A stretch of 64,000 nucleotides of DNA from Pristiophorus japonicus (GCF_044704955.1 NC_091979.1:119350001-119414000); one strand, 5' to 3'. Positions 38,300 to 53,336 are shown, numbered from the stretch's first letter. Translations and numbers: made by a program. Notes: generated by a model from the sequence alone, not told the origin.

Positions 38300-38987
38300 A
38301 TGACAGCTTCTCTTCTTTCAGCCCCTTGGAGGACTGATACAATCAGGTACCTACACAACAGAAACAACACAACTAACTCGGAGATGGAAGGACTGGGAGG
38401 GAACGTCCCTTCAAATCAATGCAGGAATTTTCTGTCTCCCTCTGCATTTGGAGCTCATCACAACTCTTTATCTTCGGGTCCTGCTTACTCCGTCGGAGAG
38501 CGAACGCATTCTGTCATTTCTGAATCTGCTAAGCAGTGCAGCCCATGTCCAGCTCCTACAAGCCCTCCAAACCCAGCGATCAGTTACGGCTATCATTTTG
38601 GAAGCAGCTATTACAGTTGTCGAAATGTTGGCATTCAACAAACTGGACTGAAATCTGGTGCTCATGCATCTCTAGCCGGTTATCCAGTGGACAAATACAT
38701 GGACGTTTCGGGTTTGACTAACACTCCTGTCCCCACTGACGAAGTGTCATCCAGGGCAAAAGAATTTGCTTTTTATCAGAGCTACCCCAATCCATACCAA
38801 CGGGTCTCTGGTTATTTGGACGTCCCAGTAGTCCCTACAATAAGCGGCCACGGGGAGCCAAGGCATGAAGCCTTAATATCCATGGACGGCTATCAGCCTT
38901 GGACATTTGCTAATGGCTGGAACGGTCAAGTGTATTGCCCCAAAGATCAGACACAGACTTCACATTTTTGGAAATCGCCACTTTCAG
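38300..38987 (+). CDS. hoxd13: HoxD13 exon 1 (alternative start at 38384)
   Basis: [66 protein letters not shown]; donor AG|GTATCA. Confidence 0.96.
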
Positions 38988-39355
38988 GTATCATGAAATA
39001 TTTTTAACTGAGAAACGTTACGCTCATTTGAAATATAACGCAAACAAAATAAATCCACTGTCGTTTGGTTTAATCTTGAAGGAAATTCTCTCGTCTTTCA
39101 ATTTACAATATTTCAAACGAATAATACATGGAACACAGAACAAACATGTATCAAAATTAATGCGCTGAAATGTGCGATTGACCGTACGCCTAAATATCTT
39201 AATTGAGTTGCTAAATGTATATTTTAATAGCCAGAGGTATGGGTTGTCATTTTTCCTTTTAATGTTTCATCTACCGCCTTCGTTTTCTTTTTAACGTCAT
39301 TTGAACTGCTACTGTTTGAAGTTTACATTATTATAATTTGCGTTTTCCCCCTCAG

Positions 39356-39606
39356 GAGATCTGATGCACAACCAGACTGACATAAACATTTACAGGCGAG
39401 GGAGGAAGAAAAGGGTTCCTTATACGAAAACCCAGCTTAAAGAACTCGAGCGAGAATACGCCACAAACAAATTCATAACCAAGGAAAAAAGACGAAGGAT
39501 ATCAACAGCCACCAATCTTACCGAAAGACAAGTCACCATCTGGTTTCAGAACAGAAGAGTCAAGGAAAAGAAAGTAGTTTCAAAAGTCAAAGAAAATATA
39601 CCTTGA
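39356..39606 (+). CDS. hoxd13: HoxD13 exon 2 (homeodomain); joined CDS encodes 312 aa
   Basis: [53 protein letters not shown]. Confidence 0.97.
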
Positions 39607-42189
39607 TACGGCAGACATCAGAAACCAATAATGGTGCATTGTAAATTTTATGTGATGGTCTTTCTTTTAAAAAAGGAAACTAAATGAATGTAGGAGACGT
39701 TCAAGACACATCTTCGGATTTACAAAGAAATCTCAAAATGACAATTTCCACGAAATGTTGCGCAAAATGTTGCTAAAATACTTGATGTGGCTTCATCGCC
39801 ACTTTCAAGCAAATAAGGCACTCTGTTAAGAGTGTGAACTGTTCCACATTCATATACTTGTATTGTGTTACCGTGCGGGATTATTTTCACGAGTGACATT
39901 GCAAATACTGCTGCAAAGTAATGCTTAGTTCAGTCTTAAGTAATATTTTCGTGGGTTCAGCTGAGTTACTGGAGGTTTTACAATACGCAGATAAAATGGC
40001 GACTACAACTGATAAGACGTTCTAACCTAAAAGTTAACATTAAGTAAAGTGTATTTATAACTTTCTTAATGCAAGGCGATTTTTATTTAACATTTAAGTT
40101 TTCAGTCATGCTTTGCAAGAGGTACCATGGTTGCATTGCGAATGGGTTCAAATGCTAAACATATATAGTAGCAGCAAAATCCATTCTGTTGTGAATGATT
40201 GAAAATATAGTGCTTAAATACCATTTTAAGTCAGTGCCAGTTAGAAATTATTTACAAGACTAAATGTGACACAACCCCATAAGATATTTTATCATATTAA
40301 TCGGCAGCGAATTTACAATCATTTTCATATTAAATTATTTAGTTCAGTATCGAAAGGGCCTTCTGTTTATTCACTCCAAAAAGTTCTATAGTAACATGTT
40401 TCCCTAAGCAAATGTAAACAGTAATATCAGTCTCAAGTGAAATGCTTGCCAAATTTAAAAGGCTTAAAATATCTTTAAAAGTTATGAGTTAAAATATGAA
40501 AGCTTATGTTTCTGCATTTGAATCTTTTGTTCATATTAAACTGTTATTTTCGAAACAAATGCTAATATATTTGAAAGTTCCATGGTCGTTTTCAATGCGG
40601 TGCCTTTAATTGAAACTATTACCGTTGTTTTCTAATTAGTAACTTGTTACGCTGTATATTTAAATTACTTCATTATTGTAATCATGATAACTATACGAGT
40701 AAAAAAGTGAAGAAGTTTGGCATTATTCCTATGTTTTATGTACATTTTTAACGCAAGCATTTGTTCATATTGTCCAACATTTCCTTTACCCACGACGATT
40801 TAAATATGAACTCGCGTGGTTTTTTTTGATTTTTGCCATGTAAAATATTAAACCAAATCACACTTTAACTGTCTTCAAGTTTTATATTTCTTGTAAATGA
40901 GTTCAATATATTTTGTTTTGTCACATTGCCACCTTCTATACTAAGCTGCACAGTTTCCACACAAATGTTTCTCTAATTTACACACAAGTCACCGCAGTGC
41001 CGCGGTATTTTGGGTCGAAAATACAAACTCTAACACCATAATAATAGAAGAAATAAATAGGAATTACGGTATCAATAAACTGTGAGGAATTGGAAATGTT
41101 CGTGTTGAAAGACATATTTTGCTAATATTTTTAATAATATCTTATGCTATAGCATGTTTGTCTAGTATTTGGTTGCTGGGTATTTTGTAAATATAAATTA
41201 AACTATTTGAAACATGTATTGCTTCCAGGTTGCAACGCTTTAAAACAAATTATGAGTCGGCGAAAGTAAACACAGAAAATTAGTAAAATCCCACATAGGG
41301 TTGAAGAATACAAACTTTTGAGACGAAAAAAAAATCTTGTCAGGATTGATGCGTTATCTTATTTTCCCTTGTACAGGTCAATTCAAATTAGAGTCGTGTT
41401 AATTTCACATAAGCATTCCAACTTTTTGTAAGGTTTGCCACAAATCATTCCTGGTCGGTTAATAATCTGCTTGGCACAAAGTACCACTTAGTTATCCAAA
41501 GCAACTACTTTACAAAGAGGCATGCTAAAATGTGTGCTATAACACCGCCTTTTCGATTATTAAATACAATTAAAGGTGTAAACAATCGAGCTAATTCTTT
41601 TTATCTCAAATTTAAATTCAAACATTTAGTGGGCTAATTTGTAATCTCCGCACAGATGTTTAAAGTAAACACCTATTGTACCATCCCTGTCGGCGATGGT
41701 GCGTAAATAAAACAAAACATGATAATGTGGGTAAGGTGCTCACAACAGTATGAATGTCGCCTGGGTTTGGAATGCTCTTTTTGGGGAGATTATTACTGGG
41801 ATAAGGAAGTGGGGGAGATAAATCAGTTCCTATTTTTTTTAAATAGAAATACTAAGTGATGAAGTTTATAATTAAACTAAGTGAGATTGACTGCATTTAT
41901 ATGAGCAGAAACTTAGTAGGTGATAATGCTCTTGACCCTGCCTTCTTTATTTACCAGCTGCTAACATTTTCTAAACATATTCCTGTGCATTGGGATAAGT
42001 TATGTTAGTTAGCCATAGAAGAAAATTAAAACGAATTATGTTCTATTAAGTTAAATTGAAACTCATTATCTGTCATATTTAACACATGCATACAGGTTGA
42101 TTTCCTTCCATTAAATTTGTTGGAGCTTCGTGACATTAAGATACATTTTTGGAAGACTGTTCAGCGCTCTGACGTCAATTTTCTATTTA

Positions 42190-42295
42190 CCATTGACCTT
42201 GACTATGGTTATAGTCTTTGACCTTGACTTTATTTAGCATCATGAATAATAAAGACAACCCTGATCGCAGAGCTAGTTCGCCATCTGCTGGCTAA
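42190..42295. promoter_or_regulatory. Element between HoxD13 and HoxD12: two TCAAGGTCA sites plus a CTCF motif
   Basis: TGACCTTGA at 42194 and 42219; minus-strand CCAGCAGATGGCGA at 42278-42291. Confidence 0.65.
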
Positions 42296-45075
42296 CCTAC
42301 TGTAAAACATGAAGCAACATAGTTGTTACAACCGAAGGACAAGATGGTCGTTCGTACTTTACGCTGCAAACCAGTGCCAGAAGTATTATTTAGGCTTTAA
42401 ATCCAAGAGCTTATTGATAGGTTGTACTGACAACTTAGACAGCAGCATTGCCTATGTTGCAAGAAATGCACGATAAAGTAAGTCTTTCAACCCAAGCAAT
42501 GCGAAGGCCAATGTTCAACGTGTTAATAATTTGAGGTTTAATATTTGACATCATTTAAATTTAGCGTCTTTTCACGAATTTATACACCACGTTGCATTTT
42601 CTACATGTTGGATCGATTTTGTGTTCACATCCAGGATAACCAAGCACAGCCCGGGATTGGTGTTCTATTGTGAATAAAGACTGTAAGCATTAGCTTTTCT
42701 GTAGCGATAGTTTCTAAGAAATATGTGACAGCTAAATTGCTCGATTGTAGTTTTCTTCAGGACATTTTTATATAAGTTACGATAGAATTTCATAAACAGT
42801 GTTTAAATGTTAACCGTGATCGAATGAGAGTTTTGTGAGAACGTCACGAGCAATAAAGCAGCGTTTGTTGTGGTAAGTGTAAAACGATGATTCTTTACCC
42901 GATTTCATTCTTGGCTACATTAGTTCTAATGCAAACCTCAGTTGTGGCCGATGTGATACTGATTTCAAATTGAAGTGGCTCTTCATACGAAAGCACATTT
43001 CGCACTAAAACTAAGTTAACATCTTTTCTAAAAAAAATATGGCGATTTGATCTCATTCGACCTTGGCCTTGAACTGAGCTACAGTTTAATTTCTTGGAGT
43101 CATTTCGAGCTTTTACAAGAAATGTTAGGTAGAGATCCGCTTTCGGTTAAGCCCTTTGTTCGCAATTGCGTTTGGATTTTAATGTCTTACTAAAGGGCAT
43201 GGTGATCATAAAAGGGACAGAGGAGAAATAGTGTTTTTTTTTTCCGGTGAGGATGTGGTGGCGGTCTCTGCTTTGATTTTACTGCACATGATTTTAACTT
43301 AAAGGGCCAATTCGTGTTATATTGTAAATAGATAAATATATACATTAGAAAACAAGGTCAATTGTTAAATTATAGACCGCCAATTATTAACAGTGTAAAC
43401 CCCCAAAAATAATATATTACATTTCTGCAGTTGATGCGACGCTAAAATAAATCGTGTTGTTACCTTAGGAGTTCTGCGTGAATTTTAATTATCTAAAGTC
43501 ATATTTGGACTCAGAATTAGTTCCATAATTCGAAAGGTAGACTCATTGCATTGAATTTTATTCCATTTGCTTTGCTATCGATAAACTTTAGTACTATTAG
43601 TTAAAATGTTAAATGGATAACAGCCACTTTAATGTTTTAATCATTGATTATAGTTAATAGATCGTGCATAGGTCTGTAAATTATGTCTAAAATAAGTGAC
43701 TAGAAATTCTAAAGTTAGCAAATGCAAGAGAGTGAGTCGTTTCTTTTGGCTTTGACACCAGCGTTGCAAATATTGGCCTTCATTCCAATAGTCTTGTTTC
43801 AACATTTGCTTTGTCTAAGTATGGATGAGGGTTTGCGGTGCTCTAATGACGGACAGCATTCTTAGGAAATCTTAAGTTTTTTTTAACAAAATCTTACGGT
43901 CTAATACGACCAATCTACTGGATTTTACTGAAATGTACGCGTTATAAACACATACAACCGAATTTAACCCCAATATTTTCGCATGGAGCGGCACATGTTA
44001 AACACAACAGAACTGCGCAACATTATTCTAATCCAACGTGGACAGACTAAGACATGGGCCATTTTCGTTTCCACCTAATAATGCATAGTACGCTTCATTG
44101 TAACAAACTTACTGAAATTTGTTATAAAGTTAACTTAGATAATTGAATTGAACGACAAATATTCAGGACATTACAGTAAACGCAATGCTGCTGTAGAGCA
44201 TTGTTTAATTTTATGAATGCGTATTTTTTTTGCTACAAGTCGAAATGTGGTTTAGAGCAATGTATTCAGTATATTAGCTGACTTATTCGATTTTTTTAAA
44301 ACGTCCCTCAATTAATTAGACACGGGATATAATTTCTAACCCCTTTAGATAATTTGCACCAACATTCACGTGTTTGGTTTATTTGTCTTTTTCGTTAACA
44401 AAATGAAATAAAATAGCGTACCTGATTTAAATATAAATGTGCTTCTCGTAGAAGTTAGTACTGCCCAAAAATATCCGTTAATATATAGCTAAAAGTAATG
44501 CGTTGAAATATAAAAAGTCTCCCGACATTTTTAATGACCATGTTACATTTTTATTCGACCTGATTAGAAGTTACGAATTATCATCAGTTAAAATAATGTA
44601 TTATCTCTGCTATTGCATCATATCGGAGTTAGGTATTTGGTTTTCAAGAATTATTGAAACTGTGTTGAATTGGTCAAGGGAACACATGAGCATTTCAGAT
44701 ATTTAAGGTTTATTAATCAATGATAACCTGTAACTAATGGAGCGGTTAGTGGCTGTAGTGTGTGAAATATTTGGAGATCTATTGAAGCTATATGCCCAAT
44801 TTATTACGTTATAACAATTTTTCTGAGCTATATATGCATCCTGTTGACTTCAGCGAGTTGCGAGCCGTTAGCAGTCTTGAGTGGGATGAAGGTGCACATG
44901 GACGTGGACTTGGACATTTCAGATGTGAATTGTATTGGGACGGAGGCGGTGCCAGAAAAAAAGCTGCTTCCGCTTGTCTTGTGACTCTCTCGGAGCCAAT
45001 CGGCGAGCGCCTTTCGTTTATCTCTGTCTGGAAGCTAAATAAGGGACAGAGAAGATCTGATCGCGCTCCTCGGAA

Positions 45076-45655
45076 ATGTGCGAGCACAATCTGCTAAATT
45101 CAGGCTATGTCGGCTCCCTGTTAAATTTTACCAGCCCGGAGCCCTTCTACTTCCCCAACCTGCGTCCGAATGGGGCTCAATTGGCAACTCTGTCGCCAGC
45201 ACTCTCCTATACCCGCAGGGAGGTGTGCTCGCTCCCGTGGACTTCGAGTCCATGCGCATCGCCGCCGCAGAGCCGCGCCTTCAGCGGCTACTCTCAGTCC
45301 TATCTCAGCAACTCAGTTTCCATCAGCATCAATAGGCACGGATCAGACAAGGCAGCAGCCGGCGAAGAACCTAACAAATACTACTTCCAAGACAGCAGCC
45401 GAAAACTGGAGGAGAGATGCAGACACAATCAATCTTATCCAAGTGATGCCAGCATCCCCTCTTCAGTCAACATCAATTCTGCCAAATACGAGTACCCAAA
45501 CGTGGAAACATCTCTGCATGGCTCGTCATTACATAACCAAGGCTTTGAATTGAATTCCAACTCTCCCACTGTAAATGAAGGCATCAAGCAATGTGTGAGC
45601 CTCAATATGTCATTACAGTCATCAGTAACGCCAGTATGCAACAGATCCTCCGATG
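45076..45655 (+). CDS. hoxd12: HoxD12 exon 1
   Basis: MCEHNLLNSGYVGSLLNFTSPEPFYFPNLRPNGAQLA; donor ATG|GTATAG. Confidence 0.97.
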
Positions 45656-46393
45656 GTATAGTATCAGTCTAATATTAAAGCGATGATCAACCCTCCTTTA
45701 CCAAAGTGCTACCTGTCACCTTCACGTGAATTTCATATTTTGAACATCAAACAATGATCCCGGAACACTTGCGCTTATTGCAACCAGAACCATCAGGAAA
45801 ATAATAATTGTAATTACAAAAATGATTAGGACGAGATAATGAAACAATGAAACTGAAAGCATGGTAGCAGTCCCTGTGTGATAGCTGGAATTACTTTAAA
45901 TAACAAGTCAAATTGCAGCGTTAATTACTTCCGTTTAAGTTCTAGCTAGCATTTAAATAATTAAGAAATGGTAACTGTTTCCTAAATTTTTCGCCATTTT
46001 ATTAAAAAGCCAATATTTCAGGGCGATTCCTTTGTTCGGATTTATTAATGGGCGAGTTTTCTGCGGCAACCACTACAGAATATTGAGATACTTGAATGCC
46101 TTATTTAACTATTTTATTTGTGCAATTTGGCTAGCTTCTCCTGTCACGTAATAGTATACCAGTGATGTTCTTTACTTATAAAGACCTAGGGTCACAAAAT
46201 AGAGAATGTAATATTGTTTTGTCGAAGTTTCAATATAATTTCTAAAAAAGAGCAACAGTATGAACCCTGCAATGTCAACAAAGTTATTATCTAAATTAAC
46301 AAAGCACATTGAAAATTTTAATCATTTGGGGATGGAAGGGATGGTGAAATATTTCAATTACTTCAGCCTTTTTTTCTCAATTTTGATTTGCAG

Positions 46394-46632
46394 GGCTGCC
46401 CTGGTGTCCAACCCAAGTGAGGTCAAGGAGGAAACGCAAGCCGTACACAAAGCAACAAATAGCTGAACTTGAAAATGAATTTCTTGCGAACGAGTTTATC
46501 AATCGACAGAAGAGGAAAGAATTGTCCGATAGACTGAATCTGAGCGACCAGCAAGTAAAAATTTGGTTTCAAAACCGGCGCATGAAAAAGAAAAGACTTG
46601 TAATGCGCGAACAAACGCTCTCACTCTTTTAG
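46394..46632 (+). CDS. hoxd12: HoxD12 exon 2 (homeodomain); joined CDS encodes 272 aa
   Basis: [68 protein letters not shown]. Confidence 0.97.
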
Positions 46633-49600
46633 GCCAAAGTAAAGTTCAAATGTGAGTTTCAAGGTCGTGAATTGAACTTGTTATGGTAATTAAGCTTACT
46701 TGCAGAAAGCATGTAGATCAAGAATATCCATTGTTTTAATGGATAGGTGCTCCTTTGATGTGCTGTCATATAAAACAGCAATCTAACATTACATTGCCAC
46801 TGCCTCTAGTCCAGGGCGTGTTGGTTTAGTTAAACATCAGCAACATACAGGGACTGAGATGCAAACTATGGATACCTCGTGAACATTTGCTATTGATCGC
46901 AAGGCACAAATTTGACTTGATATAGTCTGTACTTTGCTGTCCGCAGATAACGTGCCGGCGTCTTCTCATCACCATTTAGTAGTTTCAACGACATTTGTAA
47001 TTGTTTTGTTTCTTCACTTTGTATAAATTGCCACATGACTGTCCACTCGAGTAACAAGCAAATATTCTGCATTTTGAGAATGTAAGTACAACAGGTAATG
47101 TGAATGGAACATTCGTATTTTAATCTTAAATATAGAAATATTATGCATGCACTCTACCTATGTAAATTGAGATCTAATAAAACGAACGACGAAGCAATTT
47201 TTCTTTTGTATAAACTACTCATGTTGGTTTGTAATCGTGCTGTGAAGCTGGAGCCGGAAAGCGGATTAATTCAAAGGTGAATGAACATCTGGTAAGGATG
47301 TATACCTAACAAGGAGCATTACGTTTGTTTTTCGAAAACAATGCGTTACGGGATAAGTGTGAATTTTAATTAGGAAAAAGGAAAGGTGCAGGTTTTATTG
47401 AAGTTCTGTGTCTGACTTCAGTATAGTTGGTGCTGTGTTGTCAAAACTGCGACGACCTCGGCTTCACTATTCAGAGATGCTCTGCCAAAATTAAATGTGA
47501 ATCCGGTGCATAGTATAAAATAAATAAGTAACGGTGCCAGAAATTAAAAATAATAAATAAAACACATGGGTGATAAATTGTTATGGAACTGTATTTTTCT
47601 TGGGTTCTCTAAAGGTCCATATTGAACACAATAAAAATAAAGAAACACGCCTCTCCAATTTTTTTTCTACAATTGATTTATTGCAGTTCTGTTGCTCCAG
47701 TTACATTGGACGCCTAATTTCTGAATAAGTTTCAATATTTATACACTGGCGATTAATTCAGAACGCAACCTGATGCACGAGTTACAGGAATGAAAAATAT
47801 GAATCGCCGTACAGACACATCACAAGGTTCATAGTTTCGTAATCAATCGTTTTCCAATGATCGCATTATTATTAGAACAATATTGGCTGATCACTGCACA
47901 CGCGAACCAATTTCCGTGAGTCAAATTTATATAAAATTTCTACCGATCAAATTGGGCTTTTATGCAAAACTATGCAAAATCTCGTGTGGTTCTGCAAATT
48001 CTGAGCACGATGAAAATGGAATTTAAGGAGATCGGGAATCCAAATTAAATGAGACAAATGTTTCTTTTCAGTTGTGTTCTTGTACACCAATATTAAAGTG
48101 AAATCAGTGCACCAATAGAAACGAAATAATATTTAAAGACATCCCGTGGTCAACTCTCTTATTTTTATTCCACTGGATTCTGATTTGGTAACAAGCGATG
48201 TAACTCTCCTTTGAGCGTTGTTACCCACCCCTGCCTCTTTTTAATTATGGCCGACCGCTATTTTATTCGAAGCAACATAGTAATGCGTCCCTATGTGTAA
48301 GACATGTCTATTAATTTATAATAATTCACATTCTTTATCGCCAGAAAAAGTAAGCAACTTTAAGTGCAAATATTTAACGGCAAACTTGTACGAAATAATG
48401 AAATCATCCATTCTTTTCTGCAATTTCAAAATGATTTGACCCGGGATAAGGGCGTCGCGTACTTGTTTCATTGCAAGTGAGAACGATACTTTTATTCATC
48501 AACTTCATACAGGTTGACGACGATCCAAATCGCCACTGGGCCACACTTTGCATCGAAATTACTGTTTGTATTGAACTATGGAAACAATGTTTGGGTTTTA
48601 GAGAATGGAGTCAAGTGCTATCAACCCTTTCATAATTATTATTTAACTTTCCTTTTATGGGCAACGCCATGGTCGGGTCCTAGTTAGTGTATTTTTTGAT
48701 TTGACGGCTCCAAGTATGGCAGATTTTTAATTCACTTAAAGGTGTAAAATCTTGCATTAATGTAAATAAGTTATGCTTGTTAATGAATGAGGTTTGATGG
48801 AGAAAGTCTTTATATTTGAGTTTTGGCAGTTAGCAGAAGATGTAAACGGGTATGAATGAGTTGCAGCCACTCCGCTTCTCATTCTAGTAAATCAGGACGT
48901 GGGTGGCCAGAAAACAGCCAGTTATATCAAACCCCGCCATTTGTCTGGACTCTCATTAATTAAACATGCACCGTGCGATTTCATGAACCTTTATTGAACT
49001 ATAACAATGCAAATATATATTCTCAGATTAAACGTAATTAAATATTTCATTCTGGGCATTTTACCGACTGTACCTGTTTCGGATTCACTAACAAAGTTTC
49101 ATGGGACTTAAACATATCAAGATAGTATGTCGACAATTAGTTCTGGGGGCAATGAAAACATGCTTATGAAATTCAGAGTGTTTTTCCAGGCAAGATATGT
49201 AAACGAGTCCTGCGGTGCAAATAATGCACGCACATATTTAAAATTATTTAAGTGAAATTAAATTGATCCTAGGTTGTTATTCAATTATTTGCTCGTGTCA
49301 AAGCGATTTTTCATGTCCCCAGTCACTGGGCTTCATGGTTGTAGCAAGTAAATGAAAGAAATGTAGATATCTGCAGCCCAGATGTTACATATAAGAACAC
49401 TTTCCTACATTGTTTGGCTCATGGCAATGAAAAGAAAGGTTGATATTGTTGTCGAGACTTTTTACATTTCAGAAAGGCAGGTGTTATGGGAGACACTTTA
49501 AATTAGGCTAATCTGAAGTAGAGGTTGCTTCATACCCACTGGACGTGAAAAATGTAATTAAATCTTCAAAGATTCCATCAAATTCCATTGCACTAGGTTT

Positions 49601-50409
49601 GCAAAACTTTTCCATAAAATTGTCCGCTATTAAATACAATTAAAACGAATACATGCAGTAGTTTACAAATGTATTGCTCACTTTTCAGAAAGTTAAAGAA
49701 GAATTAGCGTAAATGTGTACCTCGAATCTATCGAAGTTGGTGAGCTTGTCTTAGAAACACTAATCTAATTTAAAAAAAAACTCCTGGTCGGTTTGCAGCA
49801 TGGGCGAGTAACTCTGAGGGAGCTTCTACCGAACACAAGGACGTCCGCAGACGCCACGTTAGAAAATAATTCGAAACAAATTCAGCCACCAGATCATCGG
49901 AAATTACGTATGTGGTACTAGACTGCAGAAAGTCCTACATGTTTTAATGCATATTCATCCATATGAGAAGATTTATTTTAAAATCTATGAAACCTTGCAT
50001 TGGCTAGCATTATTGCCGCGATTGCACTTCTAGTTCAAGTATTAATTAAAAAACAGAGACCCCAGTATTTCGGAACTGTGACCTGACTTCCAAATTGAAT
50101 TAGAAACGGACCAAATATGACTATCGCTATGCTCTTGTAACGGCTGCTGCCGCTTTTGGATGGAATGATCAGTCCTGAGCGTGGTGCTGCATTTCTGAAT
50201 GCTTTCCGTGTGTATTATACCGCCAGTGCAAATAATGTGACACATCATTCCAAACTCCAATTTACATTCATTTGTTGGATAATTGTAACTAAAGTGAATT
50301 GCTATAACACCGAAATGTATTGTACCAAGGTTATCATATTTACAGTAATATAACCCAGAGCTTTGGAAAATTGTCCGACATTAGCCGAATTGCTCGGAAT
50401 CTCTTTTTC

Positions 50410-50505
50410 ATCTCACTTTTATGGGCCGAGCTGCCAGACGGTGTCTGTACATGTTCTCCAGATACTGGGGGCGCCATAACAAAGTTAAGGTCAAGTTAGT
50501 GTCTC
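50410..50505. promoter_or_regulatory. Candidate conserved element between HoxD12 and HoxD11 (region X-like)
   Basis: TTTTATGG Cdx/AbdB site, CTGGGGGCGCC, CCATAAC and AAGTTAAGGTCAAGTTA in a tight cluster; naming is by position and recollection. Confidence 0.45.
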
Positions 50506-53144
50506 TTTTTGGATTGCACAAGTCTAACATACCAACTGATCGTGGACTTTGCTTGACCAATGAGATTTTTTTTCACATTCGAAATACTTATGTTGCGTGC
50601 AATGCAAAAAAACAAAGAAGCTAAAGTTTTGCCTGGAACCTGAACGTGAAACAGCAGATCCTCGACTTGAAGAATTGCGTTAGAAAAAAATACGTCCGAC
50701 ATACTTGCTTCGTACATCGCCCTTTGTTGTCTGTATGTAAGAGAATCATGATCCTAACTTATATACTATAAAACTCTTAGTTTAGTATAAAAAATCGCCT
50801 TTGATTCCTCATCAACGTTAAGCTGCTTGTTAGGTATTTGTCGACAATTAGTACTCAAAACAGGCCGAACTGGTCATCTGAACACGAGACGAGAACAAAG
50901 GACACTTTAATTCCTTTTCTATTTACGGCTTTTGCTACATTATTGAACTGAATCTTTTAATACCATTGGCTAATGCTATGTGATATCCAGTTTGCACTAA
51001 TATGTATTTTTGTAGCAATTAATTCTTGGAAATTACATCCAGACCAATGCCAGTGCATTTAAGTTTAGCAACTATTATATTATAACCAAAGCATATTTAA
51101 GCGAAGTCTATAATCTATGAACAGAACATACATCGATGGCGCTTTTATTAATTACACAAATGAAATATTATATTCCAAAACAAGATTTAAAAATGCATGA
51201 ATTTCTGTAAGCCAGGCGTGTCGGATTTCAAATTATTGTGCAGGAACAATGCTCGACGCCCTGTTCCACAGTTTAATGTGGGTTTGCCTTATTTTCCTGT
51301 ATCAGTGACCACCGACGACAGTCTAGATCACTCAGTTATGTGACATTAAGAGATTTCAATCATTGATTTAATTTGAGGTTAACTATTATTTTACAATGCA
51401 CAAAGACAACACTGCGTTTTGGTTCTCACTAATTAAAACAATACATTGTCACATGCTTTATGCTGACATCGACCGGATATCACATTTTATATATGTGTGT
51501 TCAAGTTTGCTGCTGAGCAAATCGAATCTAAATTCAACGCATTTGTTGCTTTCAAATTATTTATTTGAATCTATATTTTAGGAAAATCACTCTACTGCCA
51601 AAAGATTGTTTCTTCTATAAGCAACAATACATACGTTTCCATTATGTTTTCATTCGGGGAAGTAGAACCTGGGCTTTATCCTCAGATTGCGCCAGTTGAT
51701 TATACAGAATCTTGATATAATCGGCTAGATACAGATATAATAAATGGTGTATTTTAATCTGACAAAAGTAAACAAATATTGATTGTACAAGTGCATGATG
51801 TTTGGTCGTATGGATAATGACACGTGTTCTTTGACGAGTGTATAAAAGTAAATATAAACAGGAATATAAATTTTCGCATAATTAAATATGAATATTTTCC
51901 CCCGTGAAGCTCTTTTCCCCTTAAATCAATTCGGATTTAACAGTTGCATTCACGCATCCGCTGGATTTACTTTCGCTTGTCTGATCTTCATTTAAAAGGG
52001 CAGCGTAAGTCCACATATGTAGATTCAAGCACTTTTCAAAAGGAAGCATACTTTCATGCAAATTAATCTATCTGGAAAAGAATGATCTAAGTTCTGTGAT
52101 TGGGAAAGATTACGGAATAACTCGGCAATGAGCCCGTTTTAATTCTTAAAGTACCGAAATCACTTTCCAACTTCCATAATACACGTTTTATTTGCAAATA
52201 TGTATTTTCAATTTATGCAAATCATGAATATGAACTTTTGAAATTACAATGAGAAAATTATACATCGAGCAAGCCTGGTATTTTGTGAATAATTTAAATA
52301 TTCCGATGTTAGTACAGAAGTGGTGCTGCAGTTCTCAAAGCATTAAACTTCAACATATTGTTTAATTTACATATGTATGGTTTATACTGAATATGGCGTT
52401 AAATTCACAAGGTGACTGGACGGTTACTTTGCGTAATGTAAACAATAATATACATATATATATTTATAAATACAATCCTAAGTTTTTGATGAAGAAAAGT
52501 AGTTTTGGGGACGTAACGTAATAAGCTAGGCAGTGGGGAATGGCTTTTGCATTTGCATATTCTTGTCACTAGGATATGCTAACCTCGATATTATAAATTG
52601 AAGGGAAAGACTAGAAATCATTTGTGTTCAAAATACGTAAGTGAATAGTACCATTATCGTCCTTTACTTTATTAGGCACATTTCACTTAAGTTCCTTACT
52701 ATGAGACATAATAACAATTTTGTTCATACATCAATCCGACCTTGAAGTATAGTTTAGTCTGTATCTTGTAATTCTGTTCACTAACACAAAATTGCTTGGA
52801 AATCCTCTTTGCTGGCCGTGGAATGCTGTAATATTTAAAATATAAAATTTACATTCTGCCTGTTTGGCAGAATATGTCTTTATTTTATAAATATGAACTC
52901 GACAGCTAATGAAACACCAGTGATGTTTTTCAAGTTTCCAAAAATAGAAAGGCACCTGTGACAGACTATGTTGTGTAAATTAAATTATTTGTTATAGTGT
53001 TTGCTTTATCCTTAGTCAGAGCACAAATCCTTGGCACTGGGAGAGAAACACAGCTACCTTGCAGCGCCTGAAAGCCGATAGGCTCATTTCGAGAGTATTG
53101 CCTAAGAGTTCCTAAGGATGGATCTTAATGACCAAAACTGATAT

Positions 53145-53230
53145 ATGGTAATTTCTACATTGGATCACATGACTCGTTTACCCTTAGAATCAATCAAGAT
53201 GAATTGCACGTCAGCTTACGTTTCCAATTT
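53145..53230 (+). promoter_or_regulatory. HoxD11 proximal promoter block
   Basis: ATTGGATCACATGAC..GAATCAATCAAGATGAATTGCACGTCAGCTTACG resembles the conserved group-11 promoter. Confidence 0.6.
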
Positions 53231-53336
53231 TTTTTCTTTCGCGGACCCCGTTCATACGCCTTTAGAGTAGAATAGATGGAGCATGTTTAACGCCATCAAT
53301 CCTGATAATTCGTCCTCGCAACCCCGAAAACAAAAC

